Shown: piece after piece, positions 1-13,400 of the stretch
Numbering within the stretch: the stretch's first letter is position 1
How the letters are laid out: the number at the start of each line of letters is the position of its first letter
NCBI GenBank assembly: GCA_040954595.2
Contig: CM082588.2
Coordinates: forward strand, 2,764,144-2,828,143
DNA length: 64,000 nt
Direction of reading: 5' to 3'
DNA from: Balanoglossus misakiensis
Taxonomy: Eukaryota > Animalia > Hemichordata
Notes under the pieces: model-generated
Databases searched by the model: none
Told to the model about the DNA's origin: nothing
The model's input: the letters and a program-made list of their open reading frames with translations, nothing else
Made by a program: the position numbers and the translations under genes

Positions 1-500
1 CGTTATCTGCGTAATACCCGGATGCAGGTGATGAGTCAATACTATGACCAGTGTAGAGATAAATTCGGGATAATTATTGACAGAAACGTTACATGGTTGG
101 CAAATTAACTTCTAGTAGTCGAGATCTTTTTAAATATCACCTTGTGTCTCACTTGATGTGTCTGCCTCCGTTTCTCCCGTACATGTCTGTCTGTCTGTGC
201 CTCGGCAACTTGAAAAGTTTAATGTGCAAAAAGTAAAGTAAATGGGGTGATTAATTTCAACCCCATTGCCGAACCGCGAGGAACCCCCGGGGGAGCACGC
301 TTGACCCTAGACTTTGCCCCCGGGCTTGGCCGTTTACCCGGGGGGTCATCCTTGTCACCTGAGTTATACAACAAGTGAGTCAGATTACCATCAGTTTCAA
401 CATACTAACATTTACTTGACTTGAGCAACTATCTGTGCTACCGTGACTTCAGGTACCTAAGTTTGAACACTTCTTGCTTTCTTGGAGTGTAATTTTAAGG

Positions 501-1211
501 TTAGATTGTCAATTCAGCCGGCTGTCCCGGCAAAATCATATCAGTGTCTGAGGACTCTGGATTGAGATTCCTCGAAATCGTTGTGGAAACCAGGTCGAAC
601 CCGTCGTCTTCTGAACTTGTTGGGGAGACAGGGTATATGATGCTTGCGTCGGATTCGGTGATTCGCCTAGCTGCATGGCCGGGACGATTTGGGTGGCTAC
701 GCGGTGCCTCGTTGGTTATGACCGCAGAGGTAGCATCGATCGCTAAGGCCGGCAAACTCTCGGTGAAGTTATACCCGAGGTGACCCATCTCCACCATGTC
801 TACGTTTGCTCTTTTATCGACCACCCAGTCGGCAAAGCTACGTCTTTTTCTTGTGCCCGACTCGTCTTGGAGTTTCAGGACATATCTGAGAACAGCGAGA
901 AATGTGCCTGGGATTTCTTCCAGGGGTGGGGCTCTTTCTATGGCCTCGCGGAACCTGTCCACCACCAAGTTGCTGTTCTCGGGTTTCACTTGTCTGCAAA
1001 GTGCCTCCACTTCCACAAACTGCGAACGAGGTAGCTCAAGAAGTGGATTCCCAATGGGCCCTAGAACGAGCCAACTGTACGTCTGGCTCTTGGAAGAGTA
1101 CATCAACCTCTTGACGCGTTTCATCTGCGCTTCCAGTTCCCATAGCAACAGCCTGGCGTTGATTTCCTGATCATTCAGGCTTTTGTGACGTCGCTTCATT
1201 TTTGTAAACAT
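501..1211 (-). CDS. RD3: RD3-like protein (retinal degeneration 3 family); single coding exon with a C-terminal extension
   Basis: The translation LLLWELEAQMKRVKR..QTYSWLV..LELPRSQFVEVEALCRQVKPENSNLVVDRFREAI..PPLEEIPGTFLAVLRYVL aligns by eye with the RD3 core (LMMELTGQMREAER..VDYSWLA..LQLEDVCVKIHP..ILRFRQLL..FRSVLQEVL). ATG is at 1211 just after a minus-strand acceptor (ctttttgcag, 1221/1220). A GTAAGT donor at 1395 suggests a non-coding 5' exon. Confidence 0.75.
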   Translation of the reverse strand: MFTKMKRRHKSLNDQEINARLLLWELEAQMKRVKRLMYSSKSQTYSWLVLGPIGNPLLELPRSQFVEVEALCRQVKPENSNLVVDRFREAIERAPPLEEIPGTFLAVLRYVLKLQDESGTRKRRSFADWVVDKRANVDMVEMGHLGYNFTESLPALAIDATSAVITNEAPRSHPNRPGHAARRITESDASIIYPVSPTSSEDDGFDLVSTTISRNLNPESSDTDMILPGQPAELTI

Positions 1212-1600
1212 TCTGAGTCGCTGCAAAAAGAGGACACAGCCATGATGTAAACTTCAATATCGGGGATGAATTAATTTAATGCCACATAGGACAACGAGGT
1301 TTAGTTACTTGAACACGAAACCGAATCTGGTACTGAGTTCAGAATCGCAAGAATGTAAACTTGCATGAAAATACCATGCGGAATATTACACTTACTGGGA
1401 ACGTTTCGAACGGTAAACGCCTTTCCAGACGAGATCCGTTCTCAAGAGTCTGGACTCAGTAAAGCGCGTAGTACCAGCCCGTTCAGTGTTCCAAAGTTCC
1501 GAATTTTACATCCTTTCTCGTGACGTCATAAAGGGATGTTCCTTTATACACTTCTCTGGGCGATAACACTGAGAGAGTGTGCGTAACAATTGGTATGTTG

Positions 1601-1683
1601 ACAATGAGATATTGGGTTTAAGGATAATTTCCGATAAAATAAGATTAGATTATTTTATCAGAAATTATCCTATATCTCATTGT
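1601..1683. repeat. Imperfect inverted repeat / hairpin
   Basis: acaatgagatat (1601-1612) pairs with atatctcattgt (1672-1683). aggataatttccgataaaataa (1621-1642) pairs with ttattttatcagaaattatcct (1650-1671) with 1 mismatch. The loop is 7 nt and there is an 8-nt bulge. Confidence 0.85.
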
Positions 1684-4600
1684 TACCTTTCCTTCCTGCT
1701 TCGGCCAACGTAACGAGCAGCCCGAGTGAGAGATAACGAGATCTCATTAAATGCAAACGACTATATTTTCCGTATTGAAAGTGGGGTTGAAAAAACCGCC
1801 CGCGGCAATTTTACGCTCAATTTATCTCCCTTTAAGAATATATTATAGCAACCATCAATAGTTCACAAAGCCATACAAATATGTTATAATTTATTCCAAT
1901 GCGTGTCGAGAAGAAAACATTCGAATTCCCAGGCCAATTGGAGCATAATTTTAAACCAACACTTTAGATTTCCCTTCGCTTGGTCAAATGTGTACCAAAG
2001 GACAAAAGACAGAATTAATACACCAAAATAAGCAAATTAAGTCAGAGGGCATGGCTCAAAATATTGTGAACAGCGCCCCCACACATCGTCAAACAGTTTG
2101 CCTCCCAAAACAGCGTCGCCTTCTTGATTGTATAAGTGATGTGATGCTTTGGTGATAGCCCCGCCAGTATTGGACAAAAATCACGCCAACTTTAAGTCCC
2201 GCAGAGCAACCTCCCTATCTGTATTAGCCTATGAATTTCTCTCGCTGATGCGATCAATATTGTCAACGGTGCAGTCACCGGATGAGGGCCCCAGTCGATA
2301 GCTGGCGCGGCCGGGCTGATCTTATTGTGACGAAGCCCATGCATGACTGACCTGTTTGTGTACAGTGCAACGCGGTGTAATGAAATCTATTAGCGCCACC
2401 ATCTCATTGGTGTTCACTCAACGACAAATTTCCCGTGTGAAAGGAGACAAGCAAACGATACCGAGAAGACATGAATGTTAAGTACCTGCCAATTTTCTTT
2501 TGTCAAGTACTGCGCATTCTCCACAATGGCAGTGTGATGGAATAAATAAAATCTGATTCGATTCAGCGAAATTAAGTTGGCACGAAAAGGCTTTGTGAAA
2601 AGTCGCTCAGACCACGTTTAACCAAGAACAAAAGAAGACAATTTCGGGGAAATGAATTTGTTGGATTTCATGATACATTTACTGGAAAACCATGCCTGGA
2701 AGAAATGGAAGTCTGTCCTGGGTCATCGGGTGGGGGCATGCAGGAGTCGATAATCAGGCATTGCCTATAACGAGCTTGTACGTCTGGCAGGGGAGATAAG
2801 TTAATTCGGTCAGACACTCCCTTCAACAATCAAACTGCTATGTATAATTGTATCAAACAAAGCAAAAATAACACACAAAAACGCTAGAAAACAAAAAATC
2901 GAGTCATATAAATTGACTTATTCCCACGTCCGAGAGATTACACGCTGACAGTCACTCGCGAAGCATAAATATAGTCATTGTGAACGCCCCAAAACAAATA
3001 CCGAACGAAAATAGCCGCCATTTCAGTCCAATTTGGCCCTCCTTAATCTTGGAATTTGCTGACCACCGTCTCGGTGATGTAATTGTCCCAGTTGATGGAT
3101 CGGTCGTGTTTTGTCTCTTTAAGCTGATACCCATGTCTTTGCACAGGTGCTTCAATCTCTCTTCTTCCCATTACATGAAGATCCACTGTCCTGTTTACTT
3201 TTCCTCCCGATTGTCGTGTACATAGAAGAAAACCTCCAGCGGATACTGATCCCTTCTGTCAACTTGGCATTGTGGGGTTGACTTTCTTACAAGCAGCGAT
3301 GGCTTAAAAGTCATCGAGAGTGTTGTTAGAGTGGAGCACAATTGTTGGCCGGTCACAGGTGTCTAAAGGGTCTTCAAACGCGCCGACGTGTTTTCTCTTG
3401 GCCCCGATAACAGGATTGCCTCTTCTTGATTTCGCTGTCTTCGGGCGCTTGTGTCAACAGCCCAGAAATCCACACATTGTTTTATTTCCATTTGTCCTCC
3501 CGACCAGAGATGCCCACTTCTGGCCAAATCCCCAGTCAAAATACCACCCCTTTCTCTCTCAGCGATCAATAGCTCCACTAAGACCTTACAGATGTGTTAA
3601 ATGCCTAATTATTAGGCTTTGTCGACGTGATGGGCATTACACAAAAACAAATAATCGAACAAAATGTTTCGAATTCCCTGACTTTAAAGTATCGCTATTA
3701 CACAATAACATCATCTCTCCAGAAGTCATTTGTCAATACGTGAATGAAGCGTCTGGTAGCCAGCTTTGCGGCGCGTATTCAACTCGCCTGGCGTGTTTTC
3801 AATGAGCTTACTGAAGCAGGAGGTTCGAAACTTGAAGTAGCGTGATGATGACCGCCGCAAAAAAATAGAGGTGGCGTTAGGAAAGTGACCCCTGCCGTAG
3901 TCAACTTTACGCATATTCCAATCCGTCCTCCAGTTCGGTGTTCGGTTCGAAAGGTTATGCTTCTGACTTGACTGCGGCAGCGAAGGGTATTTCCAATTTT
4001 CCAATGGGGGGGGGGAGAATAAGGTAGGGAGTGGCTTGGCGCTTTTTAAAACTGTTACCATCGGATTGGAAACAAACCTTAAGGCGTAACTGCAAAAGTT
4101 AATTGGAAGTTCAACAATACGGGATCTAATTGCAACTTCTGCAAACTCATTAAACACAACCGTTCTGTTTTTCAAACCTTGCATCCTGTATTCCAACTTC
4201 ACGGCAACTTTGGACGAGACAACCACCTGGTCCCCCCAAATCACAAAACTTTGACTTTCAACTGTCTACGACGCGTTTTGCATTATTTAATCCCAGCCGT
4301 TGACAAGCTCCGCGGAGGAACACGTGTTTAGCGGGGCCTGCTATATCTGACAAATCCCTATCAAAATAGCTAGGAGCGGGGTTTAGAGTGATGCTCAGCA
4401 GAACGGACAACAGGCCCGGGTTCTTTGCAACAACCGTGTTGTCATGCGCATATGTTTCGGTTTAACTCCGTGGTTTGTTTGTTGTTTTGGCCTGTTGTGA
4501 GACAAAAGAGGGCCGTCCCTGTAGCAACGCGGAGTAGCAGTTCTCGGGCAATACCAACAGGGAAGGAGCAACAATATCAAGAACAACGATTGGCTGCCAG

Positions 4601-7349
4601 TCTGGTACAGGTGATAGCTGCCAACCAATGAGCTTTCACCTATGGTACAGTCAGGCGCATACTCGGGCAACTTATACTATAAATGAATCAATCTTGGCAA
4701 TATGTATCTGAGTCATGCACTGTTCGACACTCAAGCTGTCGTGCAGGTATAAACATTTCCAAGTAAACAACATTTCCGTTTAAACAATCACTACCAGGTC
4801 AAACGCCAACACCTAAACAGTATCAACTTTCAATATGCCTCGGAAATCAACAAGCAAATGCCTGGGAATGAATTCCTCTGCAGTCGGGCGTGAAATTTGT
4901 TAATTAACAATAAATCAATAAAACGAAACAGTTTTAACTGTGCTGGCTTACGGGTCTCATTAGATTTCCTCCGTATTGTCTCACCGGCCTTGGTGGATGG
5001 AAATAGTAATCTGTCGTGGAGCCGATTAGCGGACATACCGTGCCCACTGCACCGTGAGGCAGTGGTCAGTTCTGCCGGGTACTGATCGGACAAAGCCGTT
5101 ATCTGGAGGGCCGGGGGCATCCCTTTTCCCCGTGGTCATTACAGTGGCGACGGCGACTTGTTAGCTCTAATCGACGCCGATGCGATAAATATATCTCATC
5201 GCGAAAAAGCAGGTGCAAAATTGGAAACGAAACGGTCAGCGTTTTGTCGCGTAATCGGTGTGATGTTTCAACCCGCTTATACGATGGAATGCGTGGTTGT
5301 CAGGATAGAGGGAAAAGCCAGTACCCGGTGCGTGCCTCGGCATAAATTTGCTCGACTAATTTGTCTTTTCAAATCAACGGGACCAATTAAATCACTACCA
5401 TGCAGGGCGTGCATTTCAAAATGTGCCAGGTGAATAAAACAATAGGCTCCCTGACGTCAATTTGAGCTCGGTCTGCACTTGACTGTGTCAGGATGCGACA
5501 CGTGATCGATGGATATGCAGACAGTTCCCCCATACTCGACTACACCGTTTAGTAGTACAGAGCACATGTACTTATAAATGATGAACCATCTAAGGGGCAA
5601 CACTGTTGCTTTTGGTGATTTTTGCCTTTTCGGTATTTTCTTTGTTCTGTTTCTTGCACCAGTCTTGAACGACCAGTGGCAGTTTCTCGAGTATCTTTAA
5701 TTTACTAGGCCGCAAACAGATGCCCCTTCGCAAATTTCACGTCAGAATTTCGATGCAGTCGGGCTTCAACTCAATGTTGTGACGCATCCTGTGGCGGTCG
5801 TTGAATTGCCAGTATTCAAAAGTAGTAGGGTGACTCCGACCGTTATTCTAACACTTTAATTGCCTCGGAAGTTTGTTTGAAATAGTTTTATTCCCGTTGT
5901 TTGTTTGCCATGAATATTGGGCGCGGTACGTCGTGTGAAATTGACTGGCTGCCATAGAGAAGTCGACAATTGACTTCAGAATGAGACCAGTCGTTTCAAT
6001 TGGCCGCTGATAAGAACCGTTGGATTTACCCCCAATCTTCAGTGAATATGGAATTTCAAGCCGTCCATCAGGGACCGCATTGTCGATGCCCAAACGCAGA
6101 ACAAGGGGCGGATTATTAAAATGTTGAAAGATCATTTTGTAGGCCCCTCCTTTAAATCTTCGAACACCGTACCAAATGAAGCTGCAACCCCAAAACAAAA
6201 AGACTGAAAAAGAAAAACAGCGAGCAAGCCAAGCGATCAGCAATTGACCACGCTGTATTCCCAAAGGAGTGCGCCGGACAGAATGGAGAAAAAAGTAACA
6301 TTCAATTGAAGGCAATTCTCTTGCTTGCGCGGAGATGGTGTTTTCTACACTACAGGCGCATAACGATTCTCTCCGTCCACTGGCGGCATTATTAACGCCA
6401 GACACACAACAGTGCAAACTCGCTCCGGGGCCTGATCCCCCCTTTTCGGAGTTATCTACACAGCAATCAAAGGTATCGGCTTTGTCATTCACAGGCTCTC
6501 TGTATTCGCTTCTCTATACAGATAAACCCAAGAGCAAATATACACGCTGCAAAGTCCGTTTTCTCCCCAACACTCCAAAAAAAGTCTCATTCAAAGAGAA
6601 GTTCTATAGCGAAGAAAAATATCCATCAGCGTGTTAAATAGGCCCGCTCGTTGTCGCTACCAGCCCCTTTCAAAGTCGCGGTCTTATTATCCCTATTTCT
6701 TGGTCAAATGGCTGTTTCTTTTGCAGATGTTGAAAGGTCCCGTTGCTTATCTTGCGTCCTTCTTCTAAACTTCGTGTAGAAGCTCTCGGTGTTAATTAGT
6801 CCCCTCTGAATGGAACCGCATAACATCAGACAGCAAACTTGTCATAAAAGCAGTCTGCAGTGTGATGTCATACCAATCAGAAAACGGGTCATTTTCCCCT
6901 TTCTTCTTTCCCTGTCAGTTTTTTGTTGATTGTGAAGTCCTCGACTCAGCCAAACTTGTTATGTAAAGAATGAAAAGGAAAAAGGGGGGGGGGGAACGAA
7001 AAATACTCGGAGGGTAAAAAGACCCAATTGTGATGTTTGGGAACTGTGATAAGATCGCACTCGAATGAAAAAAATACATCAATGAGATCTCATGGATTGC
7101 CTTTCATCGCCGAAAGACACGACCACCGTTGGCACGTTGAAAATAATCACAGTTTTAACGATTGCCATAGAAACAATTTTAGAACTAATTTGAGGGGACG
7201 CCAACAAAGCTTAAGACAATACATACTCCTGCAATTAAGCGATTGGTAAAGTTACCCTGGTGGATAAGGTTGATGTGACATCTAAACCCGTGCAGGATTT
7301 AGTGCTGAGTCAAGTTACAAACTGGTGTGGTGTCAGAACAGGATCTTAG

Positions 7350-7421
<72 letters not shown>
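7350..7421. repeat. (CAT)n microsatellite, about 24 units
   Basis: Pure CAT run seen directly, followed by short GTC/GTT triplet runs. Confidence 0.97.
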
Positions 7422-10400
7422 TGCTATTGTCGTCGTCGTCGTCGGCGTTGTTGTTGTTACAGTTTTTAGGTGCTGAGATCGTTAATGAGTTTGCAGTTTA
7501 GTTACATTTGTGGTGCATCACCCGCCCTATTCTCCTCCCAATACTTCACCCCCTTTTGTTTCAGACATGTTGCTTTTCCGCTAATCCACATTACTGTCTT
7601 TCCGCTCATGTTTACTCCGAGTTTTGGCACCCCGGTGTTAATTCCAAAGGCAAAGACAATTAGCGTCACCGCTTTTGTCACCTGCTACCTAAAATCAAAC
7701 ATCAGCACAGTGCTAAACACAGCTGAGGTTTGTAGAGCCTCGGAGGAAATGCTATCAGTCGGACTAATGATTCCTACATTTGTTTGATTTTTTTAGTCAG
7801 TGAAATAATAACCCAAAGTCATCCCGAAGCTTGTCGAGTTTTTACGACCGTTGCCGAAGAATCTGGTTCGTCCACTGAAAGTTAACATCTATCATTGTTG
7901 AAAAGAGAAACTTCCCGTTTCTCGACCATTTTCTTCGCGTAGATTTTAGCGATTTACTTTTACAAGCCTCCCGGGCAAAAACAAAGAAGATTCCGAGACA
8001 ATACAGTACTAAGTCGGTGGGATTACACCACTTGTCACGTATTGACCACTTGGAACGCAGTTCGTAAGTGAAATTAAGTGACAGCGCTGCGTTGTTTTCG
8101 CAGAAGAGGGTTGTTGACGAGAAGCTTCTTGGGTTGGACAGGGCAATTCAGAAGTAGAAGTGTTTTTTTTCTCCTGTCTGTACAATGCATGGACGTTAGG
8201 GATTAATTGCGAGAGGGTCTTTCGGGGCTGGTTTCAGGTGTGGAGGGATTTGAGACAACAGGGTCTGCATGACTCTGACTGACGGACATGGGCTGTCATG
8301 AGGATTGGGATTTAGCTGATGCAATGAATGGTGCGAACTGAAGATGCTAGATGGCTGAGGGTGATAGACGGGTGGCCAAGGAGTCTTTGTTATTTGGGTG
8401 GCGTGCATAAGCCGTGAGGATGTGGTCTTGGCCAACTTCCTGCTCGCCTTCCATGTCTTGTTGGAAGGAAACTGCCTTTCACACATGTGGCCATGTGTTG
8501 GAAGTGGATATATCTGGGTGTAGCACAGTCATATATCCTGGGGTGTGTGTCTATGGTTTGGTTAGGGTTGTGCTACGCCAATCGTCACACGCACACCACA
8601 CACACACGTACGTACACATACATCCATACATACATACATGTACATGCAACTGGTCTCCAGTAGTTTGTAAACTTTGACCCCATGATTGACCGTCCAGTGA
8701 TTGACAGCTCAGTCAGTACTGTCAGTTCAATCGTATACATGTACATCATTATCGTAAGTCACGCCGCCTTTGGTTTTTATATAGCCTTAGTGTTATTATT
8801 TTAAATATTTCATTTCTGGGAGGAAATTATCGTGAAATGCCTTTGATAGATAATCGGCCTCTTGGGCCATCTGTAGCAATAGAGAAGAAACCTTGCAATA
8901 ATTAAAGAAAAGTAGGACATGTTTTTCTTAGGTTTGGCGGGAATTGCGGACAGACGATCGATTGAATGTTGTGTTATTTTAACATTGACAATTCTATCTT
9001 CTAATTTGCATTCATTGGAGTGAGTAATCTGCTTTGTTGACTTGGCTTGTAAATGAAACCGTCAAGGAATTCCAATTCCAATCCTGTGTGACAAAGGTTT
9101 TTTCTCGCTTTTAGATCACCCTGTCCATGTGTATGTGTGTGTGTGTCTCTCTCTCTGTCGCCTTCTTTCTCTCTCTCCCACCCCCTCTCTCTCTGTGGTC
9201 AGTTTTATCAGCGTATCACGTGGTTGCACTATTTGTTACTGTAGACAGGCGATAATCTGATTACTCGAAGGTGAGAGTTATTTTTGTCGTCTGTTGCAGG
9301 GTCTCAAATATTCCCCCAACCACTACACGCGCTCCCGTCTTTTTCAACTTGAAGGCCCATCGCCGTGCCTTCCTCGGCGGTGACCGGCACATGCAGTGTC
9401 AGGGGTAAAAACTCCAAAAGTGATCAAAGGAATTTCGTATACGCGGTCCACCTCTACCACCTTGATTTCGTGTAAGTCAAATGTATAGCTGTGAAACGAA
9501 TAACCAGTCTTTTGTAATCAATTATGTTCTTTGCAAGCGGGGGGAACATTCCAACCGCGATTTTTATTTTCTTCTGAATCGAACACTCGGACGAAAACAG
9601 ACACCGACAAATCAGTCCTTCCTTCGGCAATCTGGGCACAATCTACGTAAATAAATACCTTTTCAGTCGGTACATGTCCCAATTTACTTCTATACAAGAA
9701 TGGGCATTCACACACAACACTTATAATTGGGACTCGGCAACAAAAGCACAACATTTGTGATGTTCAAACTCGGCATGCCAATCCCAAGCCCCTTCAGGCT
9801 AAAGCCTTTTATATTAGCTTTTTATTGCCTTTGCGGTGACTTCTTTACAATGAATAGACAAAAGCGAGAAATTATGCAGAGGGGAACTTTTGTCCCGAGA
9901 AAGGGCAGCAACGCACGGGCGAGCAAAGGCAAAAGGGTGGGACTCCGTCGTATATGGAGTGCTGTGTTCTCCGTGTTTACGTTGCCACAGAGTAGGACCG
10001 GGCCTCATTGTGACGTTAGTCGGGCTAACAAAATTGGCGACTGTATTGATCCGAGAACAGGCGATGCCGTTTTTTCTGACGGAGTCCCCAAGCTTACAAA
10101 ATACCTCGTCTCCAACGAGGACTGAAATTCTCCGCGGTGTTCCGCAAGTCTGACATGTACAGCGGCTATTAAGACGTCTTGAGTGGCGCGCCCAGAGTTA
10201 AGAGTTACCTAAAGAGTCAAGGGGATGCCTTTCTCTGCTTGCCAAGCTTGTTAGCGCATCAAAGACCCCTTTCGGAAGAAGAAGAAAAAAAGAATCCACT
10301 GCTGACTTGTGCAGTTGATGGGAGCCCAGCGTGATAGCTGTGCGTCTGTCCTTGCCTTTTTTCATCACTCCATTGTTGGGTCAGACACAGACGGTTCTCC

Positions 10401-13400
10401 TCCTTTGTCGCTGCTTCTGTGGAGAGATCTCGGTCGTCTGAGAAAGGTCACCGATCGATCGATCTGCGAAATCACGGAGTCAATCAAAAGCATTCACAAT
10501 AGTGCGACTTTCTTGGGAGAACAAAAATGAGAACTGAAGTCTAACCACAGGCCACTCGATATCACAGTTCTTCCCAGCATGACAGGGTGACTGGTAGTGT
10601 CTCATGTATAAGACCAAACCAACTCACCAAGGACCGGTGCGGATTAGTTTATATACTAGGGCGCGGGCACCCACAAACTTTCACATGCCGCTGTATTTCT
10701 TTCTCTTCTAAGTAACAATAACTTTCTAATCTACTTGGCGGTGACGTCACAGTCCTGGGCTAAAATCTTTTTGTCCCGGACACAATAAATTGAAATTAAG
10801 TCACCATTTGATTTGTCGACTTCACGAATAAGAACTCGAAGTTCTTGTTTTATGCGTGATTTTTCGCTCGCTCAACTTCCAAACAATACGTTTCCCCTCC
10901 CCCTTTGAAATAAAATGTCCCCATCCAGCAAATTTAGCGCGACTCTTTACAAGGACCCACAAAGTTAATGTAGCATCTGTAGCTTGGGAACAAGAGTCGC
11001 TTTAGAAAAAAAACACAAGTTTTAAGAACAGCCCTTGGCGGGTTGCAGCCAGGCCTTCGTGTCCCCGGCTACACAAGACAGCCGCTGCCTGCCTGCCTGA
11101 CAGATAGCTAGCTAGCTTCTCGATTATAACTTGATTGAAGCACGGGGGGTTTCTTCAGACGTGGAACTGCACATGGTGCTATTGTGGGGGTTCGCGCACC
11201 CAGAGGCACCGGTCCATGATGGAACACGCAGGTGTCCCGCGCGCTCTGGGTTTTCCGGTAGATTAGCGACAGACACTCGGGCCAACCTTCCCCCTCTCAG
11301 CCGCCAGGACAAAGGTTCAAAACTCTCGGCAATTCTCCCAATTCCTGCGAATAAAGAGCAAAGAAACGGTGGCTGTTTTCGAACACAGGTGGAAGCAGCC
11401 AGCGCCTTTTGCTGCCAAATTGAGCGGCAAACTGCCCGTACGGGGGTTACCGCTTGCATTATCCACTTCCTGCATTCAACTCGCGTTTCTTGTTCTTTTT
11501 TCAACCCGGGAACAAATAAACAAACGCGTCCAACAGTACTGGATAATTAAAATCTACATTATTAATTAATTGAGCGAATTCAATAACACTTACGAGTTCG
11601 GTAATTTTCCATTAGGGGGGACGTGTTTTTATGGGCCTAGGGTCCTGGGAAGACGATCTCACAAGCGCTTTGAAACCGAACCACGTCACCAAAACTGATA
11701 ACATTAAGTGGAAGTTCCAGCTATGTTATATGTTTTGTGTGCCAGCTTGTCGTGATTTAACAACATTTGCCGTAAATGAAAATTCTCCAACTGCATTAGA
11801 AACCTGTTGAAATGCACACGATAGAATTAACATGGTCTATTACTGATTTCATACTCTAATGATTGGAAATATGTCGTTTGCGGTAGACAAAAAAAACTTC
11901 GCAGTCTTGCATCTTAATTAAGTCCATTGGGTCCGGTTTATGCGAGTGAAACCGCTGAGTCCCAAGACACTTGACAAAAGGGATCAAATTCTCAACCCTG
12001 CGAGACCAATCATTCAAAACACAAACTACAGTTCTTACAGCTGGACTTCAGAATTCTCATCGTGCCCTTGCTCCCGCGAGATTTCTGTCAGTCAGCAAAA
12101 AAAAGCCAGTGGGACAATCAATTCTTTATCCGTGATCGACAACCGGGATAGTTTTGAAGGGAGGGGAGTTGAAAGAAATCGCATGGACCCTCATCTCACA
12201 TTTGACATGACAAATTGACATCTGAATGAACCCATCTCCAATAGTTTTCTTTCTCGGGATTTTTCACACTTTGCTTGGCACTTTGGCTTGGGTGCCTGGC
12301 CGCAGCGTCATAACGGATGCGCGCACACACAGAAGGGAGGGATTGTAATCGGTACTTTTTTGCCCGGGCAACGCGAATTGGTTCCAGCGGCACGGCATCC
12401 CGGGCCCCGGCAAAGGAAACAATCAGAGGCTCATGCCTGACTTCGTCGGTACCTCTGTCTCCGCTTTTCGCGTTAGGCGGGATTTTCTGGCTGGCATGGC
12501 CAGCAGAATAGGAACCAAATATCGGGACAAATGTCTTCATTGCTGGGCGCTGTTTACGGTTCATTGCAGTGACCCCTTCAGTCACGGGATGATCTCTGGT
12601 TAGCACATGCTAAAAGAGCGGACAAAAGTAAAGAGTGGCTTAGAGCGACGATCTATACTACCTTCGCTTTTATCTTCCCTCTCCCCACCCGCTCCATTGC
12701 CAGTCCCAGTTAGTGTTCACTCGTCACCGGACCCTCTTGAAAACTGGAAAATTAAATGTATGCCAGAATGTATTGGCCCATAGCATTATTTTTCATCGTC
12801 ACGCATCACTATTTGCGTCGTCATGGTAATATGCCATCTGATTTACGGCATAGAGCCACTGCGTTGCGCATTAATCTTATAATAATATGTGATGTGAGGT
12901 TGGTTCGGTGCAGTGTCGCATATTGTATACTGTATTGCAATAGATTTATACGCAGGAAAATGGCTGAGTTGGTCCAGACCTCACAATCTCACTGCACGCA
13001 GTAACAACATCGAACAGAAACACCACTTGCATGGGCCCACGGTGATCTTCTGTGACAAACCATGTTCCGGGCAGCGAAAACACGCGTACAGAGGAGGTCA
13101 CTAAATTGTCCCCAAGAAACGGGACAAAGTTTGCAATCGGGCAGCGATGTTGTTTCATTACCTTCGACGATAATGAGCATGTTTCAGCCGACTGGGCCGC
13201 TTTTCAACGCGCCTTTGTTGCAGCGCGCTGCTACCTCTTAGAAGTCAATCAAACAAAACATTGCCTCGGATTCCAAAAGAACTCATGTGAAAACACTAAC
13301 ACAGCCTATATTGGCATTTCGCTACCAATGAAAACATCAGCCGTGAAAGGAAACACACTTTTCATTATCACGCTTCAACGTCGACTCGTTAATGTTTGGA

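Noticed and set aside
3320-4244. 161-aa and 172-aa ORFs
   Set aside because: Random-looking composition with no family motifs.
5848-6637. 214-aa and 100-aa overlapping ORFs
   Set aside because: No recognisable domain, non-ATG or weak starts and no supporting splice pattern; likely chance ORFs in regulatory DNA.
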